DNA of 64,000 nucleotides. Origin: Geopsychrobacteraceae bacterium. GTDB taxonomy: Bacteria > Desulfobacterota > Desulfuromonadia > Desulfuromonadales > Geopsychrobacteraceae. A model generated the notes under the pieces. It made no database searches. It saw nothing but the letters and a program-made list of their open reading frames with translations, and had not been told where the DNA came from. Shown piece by piece: positions 9,555 through 20,074 of this stretch. Within the stretch, counting starts at the first letter, position 1. Each line of letters opens with the position of its first letter. The position numbers were made by a program, and so were the translations under genes. The stretch spans positions 160,001 through 224,000 of the forward strand of contig CAXXTB010000001.1 of the NCBI GenBank assembly GCA_963676795.2. The letters are read 5' to 3'.

Positions 9555-12500
9555 TTAAGAACGCCGACGGCGCAGGTCGAGGGTGTGCGGAAACTCAGCA
9601 TTCGGCTCTTCTGCGGGCGGGGCATTGAACTTCAACGATTCCCCCTTGGGCACAAAACGTCCCAGGGTCTCGAAATCGGGCGGCGGCATGACCGGCCCCT
9701 GGCTGAACTCGGTATCGGCGAACAACGCGTCACGGCGCGATTCCGCAGTGATCGCGTTGACTGGGAAGACATCGTAATTGCGGCCCCCGGGGTGGGAGAC
9801 ATGATAGCTGCAGCCACCGAGCGAGCGACCGTTCCAGCTGTCGACGACATCGAAGATCAACGGCGAGTGCGGCGCGATGGTCGGGTGCAGCGCCGATGGC
9901 GGCTGCCAGGCACGGTAACGGACCCCGGCGACGAATTCGTCCTTGCGCCCGGTGCGGGTCAGCGGCAGGCGATGACCGTTGCAGGTAATGACGTGGCGCT
10001 CCTCAGTCATGCCACGCACCATGACCTGAAGACGTTCAACCGAGGAATCGACAAAGCGCGCGGTCCCCTGGTTGGACAGCTCCTCCCCCAGGACATGCCA
10101 AGGCTCGATGGCGAAACGCAGCTCCAGTTCGAGATCATCAACCTGGACTGTCCCGTAACGCGGGAAACGAAACTCGAAGAAGGGATCGAACCATTCGGCC
10201 AGAAACGGATAGCCGGCCTCGTTGAGGTCCTTGACCACGTCGTTCATATCCTGGCGGACAAAGTGCGGCAGCAGGAAGCGGTCATGCAGACGGGTTCCCC
10301 AACGCACCAGCGGCTTTTTATACGGCTCCTTCCAGAACCGCGCTATCAAGGTCCGCAGCAGCAGGTTCTGGACCAGACTCATGCGCGCATGGGGCGGCAT
10401 CTCGAAGGCGCGCAGCTCAAGAATGCCGAGGCGGCCCGACGGGCTGTCCGGCGAATAGAGCTTGTCGATACAGAACTCGGCCCGGTGGGTATTGCCGGTG
10501 ACGTCGATCAGCAGGTTGCGGAACAGTCGGTCGACCAGCCAGAGCGGGATATTGTCCTGCTCCGGCAGCTGATTGAAAGCGATCTCCAGTTCGTAGAGGG
10601 CATCGTCGCGCCCTTCGTCGACCCGCGGCGCCTGGCTGGTCGGGCCGATGAAGACCCCGGAGAACAAATAGGAGAGTCCCGGGTGGTTCTGCCAGTAAGT
10701 CACCAGGCTGCGCAGCAGATCGGGGCGGCGCAAGAGCGGACTGTCGCTCGGCGTCGCGCCGCCGAGGGTGATATGGTTACCGCCACAGGTTCCGGTATGC
10801 CGGCCGTCGAGCATGAACTTCTCCGTGCCGAGCCGCGACAGTCGGGCCTGCTCATAGAGTGTCGTGGTATTATGGACCAGCTCCTGCCAGCTGCCCGCCG
10901 GATGGATATTGACCTCGATGACCCCCGGATCAGGGGTGACCATCAGCTTCTCCAGGCGCCAGTCACGCGGCGGTTCGTAACCTTCGATAACCACCGGCAT
11001 TTTCAACTCGGCGGCGGTCGCTTCAACGGCGACGAGCAGCTGCAGGTAATGTTCGAGAACGCCGAGCGGCGGCATGAAGATATGCATCCGGCCGAAGCGC
11101 GCTTCGATACAGACGGCGGTGTGCGGCACATGCACCCAGGGCTGGTCCTCGGCCGCGGCCAGCGGCAAACTGTGATAGTCGTCAAGCGGTGGCAGATCGC
11201 CAAACTGGCTCTGCTCGTAGAAGGGTTCGCGCTTGTCCGGGGCGACCCAGGGGAGCGAATCGAGCGGCAGGCGCATCCCCATCGCCGAATCGCCGGGGAT
11301 CAGGTACATCTGCTCACGACGGAACTCCCAGGGCCCGCTCTGCCAGCCGCCGAAGGCGAAGTTCCAGGTCAGCGGCAGGACATAGCCGACCGGGGTGCTC
11401 AGGCCGCGATCGAGAATCCGCGCCAGGGTGCGCCGCTCCGAGGAATCGTTAAGATCGACCTGCTGCGGGTCGACATTGACCGGGATGTTCCCTTCCTTCC
11501 ATAGCCAGTAGGCACTGTCTTCATAACCGCTGATCAGATATTTGGGGTTGAGCCCGAGTCTGGTGGTCAGGGTCCGCGAGAATCTTTCTGCATCCTGCGC
11601 GCCCAGGCCGTAATCCTTCTGCAGATCGGCGAGCAGTTCGCCGCGCTGCCAGACCGGCAGGCCGTCCTTGCGCCAGTAGCAGCTGTAGGCCCAGCGCGGC
11701 AGCGGTTCGCCGGGATACCACTTGCCCTGGCCGAAATGGAGCAGACCGCCCTGGCCGAACGATTCGCGCAGGCGCAGGGTCAGATCAAATGCCAGCTTGC
11801 GCTTGTGCGGTCCGTCAGCAGCGCTGTTCCACTGGGCGCTGTCCATGTCGTCAATCGAGACGAAGGTCGGTTCACCGCCCATGGTCAGGCGCACGTCCCC
11901 CTCGACCAGCTGCTCATCGACCAGCTCCCCCAGGGCGTTGATCAGCTGCCACTGCTCATCGCTGTACGGCTTGGTCACCCGCGGATCTTCGTGAATACGC
12001 ATGACCCTGTTGCTGTGTTCAAATTCGACCTCGCAGGGATCGGTCGCGCCGGTCAACGGCGCGGCACTGAACGGATGCGGCGTACAGGCCAGCGGGATAT
12101 GCCCCTCGCCGGCGAACAGTCCCGAAGTCGGGTCGAGCCCGACCCAGCCGGCCCCCGGGATATAGACCTCGGTCCAGGCGTGCAGATCGGTAAAGTCGGC
12201 TTCAGGGCCACTGGGACCTTCGAGCGACTTTTCATCGGCCGCCAGCTGAATCAGGTAGCCACTGACAAAGCGCGCAGCCAGCCCGCAGTGGCGCAGGATC
12301 TGAACCAGCAGCCAGGCCGAATCGCGACAGGAGCCGATGCGCCGATCAAGCGTCTCTTCGCAGCTCTGGACCCCGGGTTCCATGCGCACCGAATAGTTGA
12401 TGTGCTGCTGCAGTTTCTGATTGACCGCGACGAGGAAATCGACCGTGTTGATTTCCTTGCGGTCGAGCTGATCCAGCCATTTCATCAGCAGCGGGCCATC

Positions 12501-12872
12501 TTCCTCAAGCTTCAGGTAAGGGCCAAGTTCACCCTTCTCCAAATGGGTGTATTTAAAAGGAAATTTTCCAGCGTAATCTTCGATAAAAAAGTCGAAGGGG
12601 TTGATCGCCGTCATGTCGACGATGACCTCGACCTCGATGTGCAGGCGATCAGTCTTGTCCGGAAAAACCAGGCGCGCCAGGTAGTTGCCGAAGGCATCCT
12701 GCTGCCAATTGATAAAGTGCCCTTCCGGTTCAACCTTGAGCGAATAGGCGCGAATAGGCGTACGACTGTGCGGCGCGGGGCGTAACCTTAAAACATGGGG
12801 AGAGAGCGAAACCGGTCGGTCAAATTTGTAACTGGTAATATGCTGGCAGGCAACGCGTATCGGCATAGTCAA
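9555..12872 (-). CDS. Transglutaminase / DUF2126 (putative amidoligase) fusion protein
   Basis: LRLRPAPH, catalytic [21 protein letters not shown]2126 motifs [49 protein letters not shown]. Confidence 0.92.
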   Translation of the reverse strand: MTMPIRVACQHITSYKFDRPVSLSPHVLRLRPAPHSRTPIRAYSLKVEPEGHFINWQQDAFGNYLARLVFPDKTDRLHIEVEVIVDMTAINPFDFFIEDYAGKFPFKYTHLEKGELGPYLKLEEDGPLLMKWLDQLDRKEINTVDFLVAVNQKLQQHINYSVRMEPGVQSCEETLDRRIGSCRDSAWLLVQILRHCGLAARFVSGYLIQLAADEKSLEGPSGPEADFTDLHAWTEVYIPGAGWVGLDPTSGLFAGEGHIPLACTPHPFSAAPLTGATDPCEVEFEHSNRVMRIHEDPRVTKPYSDEQWQLINALGELVDEQLVEGDVRLTMGGEPTFVSIDDMDSAQWNSAADGPHKRKLAFDLTLRLRESFGQGGLLHFGQGKWYPGEPLPRWAYSCYWRKDGLPVWQRGELLADLQKDYGLGAQDAERFSRTLTTRLGLNPKYLISGYEDSAYWLWKEGNIPVNVDPQQVDLNDSSERRTLARILDRGLSTPVGYVLPLTWNFAFGGWQSGPWEFRREQMYLIPGDSAMGMRLPLDSLPWVAPDKREPFYEQSQFGDLPPLDDYHSLPLAAAEDQPWVHVPHTAVCIEARFGRMHIFMPPLGVLEHYLQLLVAVEATAAELKMPVVIEGYEPPRDWRLEKLMVTPDPGVIEVNIHPAGSWQELVHNTTTLYEQARLSRLGTEKFMLDGRHTGTCGGNHITLGGATPSDSPLLRRPDLLRSLVTYWQNHPGLSYLFSGVFIGPTSQAPRVDEGRDDALYELEIAFNQLPEQDNIPLWLVDRLFRNLLIDVTGNTHRAEFCIDKLYSPDSPSGRLGILELRAFEMPPHARMSLVQNLLLRTLIARFWKEPYKKPLVRWGTRLHDRFLLPHFVRQDMNDVVKDLNEAGYPFLAEWFDPFFEFRFPRYGTVQVDDLELELRFAIEPWHVLGEELSNQGTARFVDSSVERLQVMVRGMTEERHVITCNGHRLPLTRTGRKDEFVAGVRYRAWQPPSALHPTIAPHSPLIFDVVDSWNGRSLGGCSYHVSHPGGRNYDVFPVNAITAESRRDALFADTEFSQGPVMPPPDFETLGRFVPKGESLKFNAPPAEEPNAEFPHTLDLRRRRS

Positions 12873-13176
12873 TCCTCGGGTTCAGGTCTGCTGCGCTTGA
12901 ATCAGTTCGCGCAACAGTCTTCTACACATGACAGATGCCATCAGAAAGCGCCTTTGATTTCGATGGACCCGGCTAGACTAGCACATCTTGTCAGCACCTG
13001 GCAGCCAGATTATGACCCGATCAGTCGAATTTGCAAATGGCCAACGGCCTGCAACGGTGGTAGAGTTTTGGGCGAAGCTTGTTCAAAAACCACTGCGCGC
13101 TATATTATAGTTTTCATATCCGAATGACAGACTGCAACCACCTGATTATGCTGCACAACCAGACTGGAGTACAGCT

Positions 13177-14610
13177 ATGTTCCGACGGACCAAAATCGTA
13201 GCAACTGTTGGCCCCGCCAGTGACACTGAAGAGCAACTCAACCTGCTGATGGACGCTGGTGTCGACGTCTTTCGCATCAACTTTTCCCATGGCAGTCACG
13301 AAAAAACCGCGGAAGTGATCGCCAGCATCCGTAAGCTGTCGAGTCAGAGACAAAAAGCGGTCGCCATTCTCGGCGACCTGCAGGGTCCGAAAATCCGCAC
13401 CGGGGTGATGGTCGACAACGCCCTCAAGCTGGAGGCGGGCAGTGTCGTCACCATCACCAGTCGCGAAGTTCTGGGCGAGAGCACCATCATCCCGACCATC
13501 TACAAAAACCTGCCGCGCGATGTCAAAAAAGGGGACCGCATCCTGATCGACGATGGCCTTATGGAACTGGAAGTCCAGCACAGCGAAGGGACCGAGGTTC
13601 GCTGCCGGGTTATCAACGGCGGCATCCTGAAAAACCACAAGGGGATCAACCTGCCCGGCGTCAAGGTGTCAGCCCCGGCATTGACCGAAAAGGACCTGGC
13701 CGACCTCGAGTTCTGCATCAGTCAGGAACTCGACTATGTCGCTCTCTCGTTCATCCGCAAGGCCTCCGACGTCCATGCACTGAAAACCATTCTCGAGAGC
13801 AAGGGCTCGGGGCTGATGGTTGTCGCCAAGATCGAAAAACCGGAAGCGGTGGAAAATTTCGACGCAATCCTCGAAGCGACCGACGCAGTCATGGTCGCAC
13901 GGGGGGATCTCGGCGTCGAGATCAGCCCCGAACGGGTTCCGCTGATTCAGAAGTCGATCATCCGCAAATGTAACGAAGCGGGCAAACCGGTCATCACCGC
14001 CACCCAGATGCTCGAAAGCATGATCACCAATCCGCGTCCGACCCGGGCCGAGACCTCCGATGTCGCCAACGCCATCCTCGATGGCACCGATGCGATCATG
14101 CTCTCCGGCGAGACAGCCAGTGGCAAGTATCCGATCGAAGCGGTCAAGGTCATGGTCAACGTCGCCGAAAACGTCGAACGTGATCCGCAACTGAGAACCA
14201 AGTCTTACCGCCGGGTCACCGATATCTACGGCCGCCCCCATGTCACCGAGGCGATCGGCCAGGGGGCCTGCCATATCGCCGACAGTATCGGCGCCGAAGC
14301 GATCCTCGCCTTCACCCAGACCGGCGGAACCGCAGCGCTGGTCTCCAAGTATCGCCCAGCGCTGCCGATCTTCGCTGTCACGCCGTCCCAGTCGGTGCGG
14401 CGCCGCATGGCCCTCTATCACGGGGTCCGCTCCCTGCAGGTTGAGATCCAGGGCAATACCGAGGACCAGATCAGCTCGGTGGAAAAAGCAGTGCTCGAAA
14501 CCGGTATGCTCAAAGAAGGGGATCTGGTCGTTGTCACCATGGGCAGCCCGCTGTCTGATACAGGTACGACCAACCTGCTCAAGGTCCATCGCCTCGACAG
14601 GACTGACTGA
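13177..14610 (+). CDS. pyk: Pyruvate kinase
   Basis: TKIVATVGP, RINFSHG, DLQGPKIR, AKIEK, VARGDLGVE, ATQMLESM, MLSGETA; GGAG RBS. Confidence 0.97.
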   Translation: MFRRTKIVATVGPASDTEEQLNLLMDAGVDVFRINFSHGSHEKTAEVIASIRKLSSQRQKAVAILGDLQGPKIRTGVMVDNALKLEAGSVVTITSREVLGESTIIPTIYKNLPRDVKKGDRILIDDGLMELEVQHSEGTEVRCRVINGGILKNHKGINLPGVKVSAPALTEKDLADLEFCISQELDYVALSFIRKASDVHALKTILESKGSGLMVVAKIEKPEAVENFDAILEATDAVMVARGDLGVEISPERVPLIQKSIIRKCNEAGKPVITATQMLESMITNPRPTRAETSDVANAILDGTDAIMLSGETASGKYPIEAVKVMVNVAENVERDPQLRTKSYRRVTDIYGRPHVTEAIGQGACHIADSIGAEAILAFTQTGGTAALVSKYRPALPIFAVTPSQSVRRRMALYHGVRSLQVEIQGNTEDQISSVEKAVLETGMLKEGDLVVVTMGSPLSDTGTTNLLKVHRLDRTD

Positions 14611-14621
14611 ACGTTAAAATT

Positions 14622-14676
14622 CACCCCCCTCAATCCCCCCTATGTTATAGGGGGGAAGCGAGCTTGCGAGCAGGGG
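14622..14676 (+). repeat. REP-like palindromic intergenic repeat, copy 2
   Basis: CACCCCCCTCAATCCCCCCTATGTTATAGGGGGGAAGCGAGCTTGCGAGCAGGGG. Confidence 0.85.
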
Positions 14677-14783
14677 TCGTACCACCACAATGGAAAAAGG
14701 CCGTTGACAACAACTTGCCATCTCATTTAGTCTGCCCGGACTGATAACAGGATGTTGACAAACGTTTTCGAGAAAGCAACGGA

Positions 14784-14840
14784 ATGATAAACGCAATATT
14801 AAACCTGATTTCTGAAGTGGTGGTGGTCGTCATTAATTGA
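14784..14840 (+). CDS. ilv attenuator leader peptide (MINAILNLISEVVVVVIN)
   Basis: 18-codon ORF with 11 Ile/Leu/Val codons including five consecutive Val, upstream of terminator hairpins and ilvB. Confidence 0.85.
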   Translation: MINAILNLISEVVVVVIN

Positions 14841-14873
14841 CGGCTCGGCGTTTTCTTCGATCTCACATATCGG

Positions 14874-14905
14874 GGGAGCACGGGTCAATTCCGTGCTCCC
14901 TTTTT
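14874..14905 (+). terminator. Attenuator intrinsic terminator 1 in ilvB leader
   Basis: GGGAGCACGG-GTCAATT-CCGTGCTCCC followed by TTTTT. Confidence 0.85.
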
Positions 14906-14917
14906 ATATCTGAAAAG

Positions 14918-14952
14918 GGCTGCGGGGTTGACCAACTCCGCAGTCTTTTTTT
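14918..14952 (+). terminator. Second terminator-like hairpin in ilvB leader
   Basis: GGCTGCGGGGTT-GACC-AACTCCGCAGTC followed by a T7 run, just upstream of the ilvB RBS. Confidence 0.65.
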
Positions 14953-14971
14953 GTTCAAGGAGATAAACAAC

Positions 14972-16654
14972 ATGCTGAACGGAGCACAGATTTTACTCGA
15001 TTGCCTCAAAAAAGAAGGGGTCGATACCATTTTCGGCTACCCGGGCGCGCGGACCCTGATGCTGCACGATGCCCTGATGGACGACCCGGATATCGATCAT
15101 ATCCTGGTTCGTCATGAGCAGGCCGCGGCTCACGCTGCAGACGGCTATGCCCGGACCACCGGCAAGGTCGGCGTCTGCCTGACGACCTCCGGCCCGGGTG
15201 CGACCAACCTGGTCACCGGCATCGCCACCGCTTACATGGATTCGGTGCCGATGGTCGCCCTGACCGGCCAGGTCACCACCAAAGACATTGGCAACGACGC
15301 GTTTCAGGAAGCCGATATCGCCGGCATCACCCGGCCGATCACCAAGCACAACTATGTCGTCACCGACATCAGGGACCTGGCCCGTATCATCCGTGAGGCA
15401 TTCTACATCGCCCGCACTAGGCGCCCGGGGCCGGTCGTTGTCGATCTGCCGAGCGATGTCATTGCCTCGCTGAGCAACGATCCGGTTCCGGACAATGTCA
15501 CCCGCCGCGGCTACCAGGAGTCGCCGCAGCTCAATCTCAAGCAGTTGAAAAAAGCAGCCAGAATGATCAACAAGGCACAGTGCCCGCTGATCTATGCGGG
15601 CGGCGGTATCGTTCAATCCAATGCCGCCGCTGCGCTGCGTGCCATAGCAGAAAAAGGGCAGATCCCGGTGACCCACACCCTGATGGGCATCGGCCTGATG
15701 GAGCCAAAATCTCCGCTGTCAGCCGGAATGCTCGGTATGTACGGAGCCTGGTATGCCAACAAGACGGTCAGCCAGTGTGACTGCCTGATCGCCATCGGCG
15801 CCCGTTTTGACGACCGCGTCACCGGCAAGGTCGACAGCTTTGCTCCAAATGCCAGAATCATCCATCTCGACATCGATCCGACCAGCATCCGCAAAGTCAT
15901 TCAGGATGGCCTTCCGATCGTCTGTGACGCATCCAATGCCTTGCCGCAGTTGCTCGACATGATCGAAATCAGGGATCGGACGAATTGGTTGGCGGAAATT
16001 GCAACCTACAAGCAGACCGGCCCGCTGCCACGCCAGCAGGGGACTGAGCTGATGCCTCACGAGATCATGGAAGCGATCCATGAAGCGGCGGGGGATAACC
16101 CGGTCGTCGCCTCTGATGTCGGCCTGTCGCAGATGTGGACGGCTCACTACTTCCCGTTTGATAAGCCGCGTCAGTACATTACCAGCGGCGGCCTCGGCAC
16201 CATGGGCTACGCCCTGCCGGCAGCACTGGGCGCGGCTGTCGCCAATCACGACCGACCGATCTTCGCCATCAACGGCGACGGCGCGTTTCAGATGAACTGC
16301 CAGGAGCTGGCCACCTGTGCGCAGTACAACATCCCGGTCAAGTGCATCATTCTCAACAACGGCAAGCTCGGCATGGTCCGCCAGTTCCAGACCCTCTTTC
16401 ACAACGGCCGCTATGCCTCGACCAACCTGGAGATAGCGGTCGATTTTTGTACCGTGGCCAAAGGGTTCGGCGTCGCAGGGAGAAAAGTTGCGGGACTTGC
16501 GGAATTCAGGGATGCGCTGAACTGGGCGGTCAATCATCCGGGCCCTGTCGTTCTTGATGTCAAGGTCGATCCGGACACCTACGCCTTCCCGATGGTTGCA
16601 CCGGGCAAGGAATCGACAAGCATGATCTTCAAGGCCGACGGCAGCGGCCTGTAA
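14972..16654 (+). CDS. ilvB: Acetolactate synthase large (catalytic) subunit
   Basis: IFGYPG, RHEQ, TSGPGATN, GARFDDRVTG, SGGLGTMG, TPP motif GDGAFQMN...NN; start moved to ATG 14972 behind AAGGAG. Confidence 0.93.
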   Translation: MLNGAQILLDCLKKEGVDTIFGYPGARTLMLHDALMDDPDIDHILVRHEQAAAHAADGYARTTGKVGVCLTTSGPGATNLVTGIATAYMDSVPMVALTGQVTTKDIGNDAFQEADIAGITRPITKHNYVVTDIRDLARIIREAFYIARTRRPGPVVVDLPSDVIASLSNDPVPDNVTRRGYQESPQLNLKQLKKAARMINKAQCPLIYAGGGIVQSNAAAALRAIAEKGQIPVTHTLMGIGLMEPKSPLSAGMLGMYGAWYANKTVSQCDCLIAIGARFDDRVTGKVDSFAPNARIIHLDIDPTSIRKVIQDGLPIVCDASNALPQLLDMIEIRDRTNWLAEIATYKQTGPLPRQQGTELMPHEIMEAIHEAAGDNPVVASDVGLSQMWTAHYFPFDKPRQYITSGGLGTMGYALPAALGAAVANHDRPIFAINGDGAFQMNCQELATCAQYNIPVKCIILNNGKLGMVRQFQTLFHNGRYASTNLEIAVDFCTVAKGFGVAGRKVAGLAEFRDALNWAVNHPGPVVLDVKVDPDTYAFPMVAPGKESTSMIFKADGSGL

Positions 16655-17106
16655 CCGCAGAAACAGACAAACCCCGCCTTGCTTTTACGCAGCGAGTCTC
16701 GTTTGTTTCTACACCATTTCAAAACTCCGCGCTGCGGAGTTTTTCCGGTTCTGCCCGTGTGATGGGCCTGCTCATCGCAGGGCGCGTTGCCAGTTGCTGG
16801 TAATGTTGCTACGAAGAGACGCAGAAACACGACCGACATATTAAAAGGGAGCTTTTGCCTCCTTTTGGGGCCCAGGCCAAAAGGAGGGCGCCGTACGGGG
16901 GCGCAACCCCGTGCTTTTGACTTTAAAAGGTCTTGAGCCGCTTCAAAAAAACACTGACGAAAATTGTTCCTGGTACACTTCGTAGCTTTTGGGCTGCAAC
17001 TCTCTACACGCTCAGACGAGTCACTGCGTGTCTCGATTCGCACAATCGCAATGCCGGTTCCCGGCATAAATAGACATGGAACAGACATTATCGTTGTCGG
17101 TATAAA
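16655..17106. other. Structured non-coding region or repeat element between convergent ilvB and ppc
   Basis: Multiple hairpins, e.g. AAACTCCGC-GCT-GCGGAGTTT and CTCCTTTTGG-GGCCCAGG-CCAAAAGGAG; no credible ORF. Confidence 0.5.
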
Positions 17107-19731
17107 TCAGCCGGTGTTCCTGACACCGGCTGCAATCCCGGCGATGGTAATCATCATCGCCTGGGTCAGCCGGTGACCGGTGTCGACAGTCGGCATCGCC
17201 CGGAAGCGCCTGAGCAACTCGATCTGCATCACATGCAACGGAATCAGATAGGCCTCCCGGCGCTGGATCGAGGAAAGATTCCAGGGCGCATCCTGCATCA
17301 GTCCGCCCTTGCCCGAAAAAGCGATAAGAAATTCACGATCTTCCTGCATCTGAGCGCGCAGCGCCTGACCGATGTGGCGGAGCGCTGGTTCAACCAGCTT
17401 CTGCTCGTAAATCTCCGAGATGGCACTGTCCGCTTTACTTAAGACCATCTCCAGCATGCTCACCCGGGTTTTGAAGAATGGCCATTTTTCGACCATGTCC
17501 CGCAGGATAGCGCCGTCTCCGGCCGCATCGCTCTCCTTGAGAGCCTGAGCGGCACCCAGCCAGGCGGGAAGCACCAGACGGTTCTGAGCCCAGGCAAAAA
17601 TCCAGGGAATCGCCCGCAGACTTTCGATACTGTCGTCTTTTTTCCGTTTCGACGGCCGGCTGCCGAGCGGCAGGTGGGCCAGTTCCTGTTCCGGGGTCGC
17701 CTGACGGAAGTAACGGACAAAATCAGCATTGTCACGGACACAGCTACGGTAATGCCGGCAGGCACAGTCGGAAAGACGATCCATGGTCTGCCGCCATTCG
17801 GTCAGCGGCTGGGGTGGCGGAATCAGCAACGCTTCAAGGATCGCGTCAGCATAGAGCGCCAGGCTCTGCTGGGCAACCTTTGTGGTGCCGAATTTCATGC
17901 GGATGGTTTCCCCCTGCTCGGTGACCCGGAACCCACCCTTGAGTGAACCGGGCGGCTGAGACAGGATAGCCGAATGGGCCGGACCGCCACCGCGTCCGAT
18001 GGTCCCTCCGCGACCATGAAAGAGGGTCAGCTTGACGCCACGGTTGGCACAGAGACGGACCAGATTTTCCTGCGCCTGGTACTGGGCCCAGGCCGCCGAC
18101 AGCACCCCGGCATCCTTGGCCGAATCGGAATAACCGACCATGACATACTGGTGGCCACCCATATATTCCACATATTCCGGACAGGAAAACAGATCGGCGA
18201 CAACAGCTTCTGCATCATTGAGATCGTCGAGCGTCTCAAAGAGCGGCGCAATCGGCATCCTAAAGGGAATTCCAACGGTTTTGAACAGCAGCTGCATGGC
18301 CAGGACATCGGAGACCTTGCTCGCCATCGAAATGACATAGATCCCCAGGGAATCAGGATCCTGCTTCGCCAGCAACTTCAGTGTGTCGAGCAGCTCAGTC
18401 GTCTCAGCCGTCGGCTGCCAGTCGAGCGGCAGCAGGGGACGGTTGTTCTTCAGCTCTCTCTTGAGAAAGTCCTGCTTCTGCTTTTCATCCCAGTCGAGGT
18501 AATTCCCCAGGTTAAGGGCGCGGGTAATCTCCCCCAGGGCGTTAGCGTGGTATTCGCTGTGCTGGCGGATATCGAGGCGCACCAGATGAATGCCGAAGCA
18601 GCGGGCCCGAATCAGGGTGTCGAGCAAGCGTCCGTTGGCAACAGCCGCCATGTTGCATTTGACCAGCGACTGATAACAGAGCTCCAGCGGTTCAAGCAGC
18701 TGCCGGTTGTCACTGATCACCAGGCTCTCGTCCCAGTCACCGACGCGCAGCCGCCGCTCCAGCTGCTCGCGGCTGACAACCAGCAGAGCTCTCAATTCTT
18801 TCAGAAGATGACGGTACGGCTCTTCAGCATTGCCTGTCACGCGCAGCAGTTCAGGGCTGGCTTTTGACATCGACATCTCATCGATCAGCCCGCGGATATC
18901 ACGCAAGAAGAGTTCAGCAGCCTGCCAGCGGGCACGCAGCAGGACATCCTGCGTCGCTTCGGCCGTGACAAACGGGTTGCCGTCGCGGTCACCGCCCATC
19001 CAGGACGAAAACCGCACCGGGCAGAAGGTCTGCGGCAGCTCAATGCCGAGTTGATCGTAGATCTTGTTCTTCAAGCCCTTGACAAAACGCGGTACGGCAT
19101 TCCACAACGGCTGCTCGATCACCGCAAAACCCCATTTGGCCTCGTCGACCGGAGTTGGGCGCTGGGAACGAATCTCGTTTGAGTACCAGCTCTGGGTCAA
19201 TAGATCCTTCAGCCGTTCCGTTGTCGCTTTGGTTTCCGTGCCGAACGGTTTCGCCCTTAAGCAATGGTTGATCTCGTTGTATTTCTGAATCATGCTGCGG
19301 CGGATGATTTCGGTCGGATGGGCCGTCAGAACCAGATCGATTTGCAGGTCCTCAATCGCCTGGCGGATTCTGACCGGATCAATACCGCTGCTTTTGAGGC
19401 GGACAATCAGACCTTCATCGGGATTTACGCTGGCCAGAAGCTTTTCACCTTCGGCGGAATTGAAAAACTCCTGCTCGGCAATATTGGCCAGATTCAGGAA
19501 AGAAGCGAAGGCCCTGGCGAAAACGTACAGGTCATCATCACTGCTGGAGGCGAACAGTTCAAGCAATTGTCCGAAAGCATCCTCGTGATGATCCCGGGAC
19601 CCCTTGCCAAGCTCCCTTATATGCTCAATAGTTTCAAGCATTTGAGGAGTATTGTCATTGGCAATCATCTGGCCGAGCAGTACACCCAGGTCGTGAATTT
19701 CTTTATGTAATGAGTCAGGAGATCTAAACAT
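17107..19731 (-). CDS. ppc: Phosphoenolpyruvate carboxylase (bacterial type)
   Basis: VLTAHPTE, WMGGDRDGNP, GYSDSAKDAG, FHGRGG, SLRAIPW, C-terminal RNTG; start placed at ATG 19731 behind AAGGA. Confidence 0.96.
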   Translation of the reverse strand: MFRSPDSLHKEIHDLGVLLGQMIANDNTPQMLETIEHIRELGKGSRDHHEDAFGQLLELFASSSDDDLYVFARAFASFLNLANIAEQEFFNSAEGEKLLASVNPDEGLIVRLKSSGIDPVRIRQAIEDLQIDLVLTAHPTEIIRRSMIQKYNEINHCLRAKPFGTETKATTERLKDLLTQSWYSNEIRSQRPTPVDEAKWGFAVIEQPLWNAVPRFVKGLKNKIYDQLGIELPQTFCPVRFSSWMGGDRDGNPFVTAEATQDVLLRARWQAAELFLRDIRGLIDEMSMSKASPELLRVTGNAEEPYRHLLKELRALLVVSREQLERRLRVGDWDESLVISDNRQLLEPLELCYQSLVKCNMAAVANGRLLDTLIRARCFGIHLVRLDIRQHSEYHANALGEITRALNLGNYLDWDEKQKQDFLKRELKNNRPLLPLDWQPTAETTELLDTLKLLAKQDPDSLGIYVISMASKVSDVLAMQLLFKTVGIPFRMPIAPLFETLDDLNDAEAVVADLFSCPEYVEYMGGHQYVMVGYSDSAKDAGVLSAAWAQYQAQENLVRLCANRGVKLTLFHGRGGTIGRGGGPAHSAILSQPPGSLKGGFRVTEQGETIRMKFGTTKVAQQSLALYADAILEALLIPPPQPLTEWRQTMDRLSDCACRHYRSCVRDNADFVRYFRQATPEQELAHLPLGSRPSKRKKDDSIESLRAIPWIFAWAQNRLVLPAWLGAAQALKESDAAGDGAILRDMVEKWPFFKTRVSMLEMVLSKADSAISEIYEQKLVEPALRHIGQALRAQMQEDREFLIAFSGKGGLMQDAPWNLSSIQRREAYLIPLHVMQIELLRRFRAMPTVDTGHRLTQAMMITIAGIAAGVRNTG

Positions 19732-20074
19732 GTGCGGATCCTTATCGGTTATGTTCATTACTGCAAGGGGGGCATCGGTTCCAGCGCCCATATTGACACT
19801 AAGCCGCTCAGCTTTCAAGTTGTGATCAGGTCTGTTCAGCACCAATTTCCCCCTCCTAATGCGCTGGATTGGCTAGGCGACATATGGGCTATTACGTGAT
19901 TCTTGGTATATTCCTGCACTAAAAAGGGTTTTCTTTTCACCGATTTGGAACATTATCACCGATAGGTTATTTTTGAGTTGCCGAGCGTGCCACCCTATGG
20001 TATTGTTTATAAAACGTGAAGATGGTTTTCAGGCACAATTGGTCGTTAACTTCTTCCATGTACGAGGTGATTTT

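Noticed and set aside
7152..12785. Long + strand ORFs (758, 639 and 349 aa) opposite the ATP-grasp and transglutaminase genes
   Set aside because: Antisense shadows of GC-rich coding sequence with no recognisable motifs; the minus-strand genes are well supported
14837..14971. N-terminal extension of IlvB in the ORF track; similar extensions for Ppc, the ATP-grasp, GAPDH, PduO, MocR, rubredoxin and the Cache kinase
   Set aside because: The extensions run through terminators, repeats or neighbouring genes; downstream ATGs have RBS-like motifs and match family N-termini
16579..17176. 169-aa (-) and 70-aa (+) ORFs in the ilvB-ppc spacer
   Set aside because: They translate hairpin-rich repeat sequence, overlap flanking genes and show no protein-like motifs
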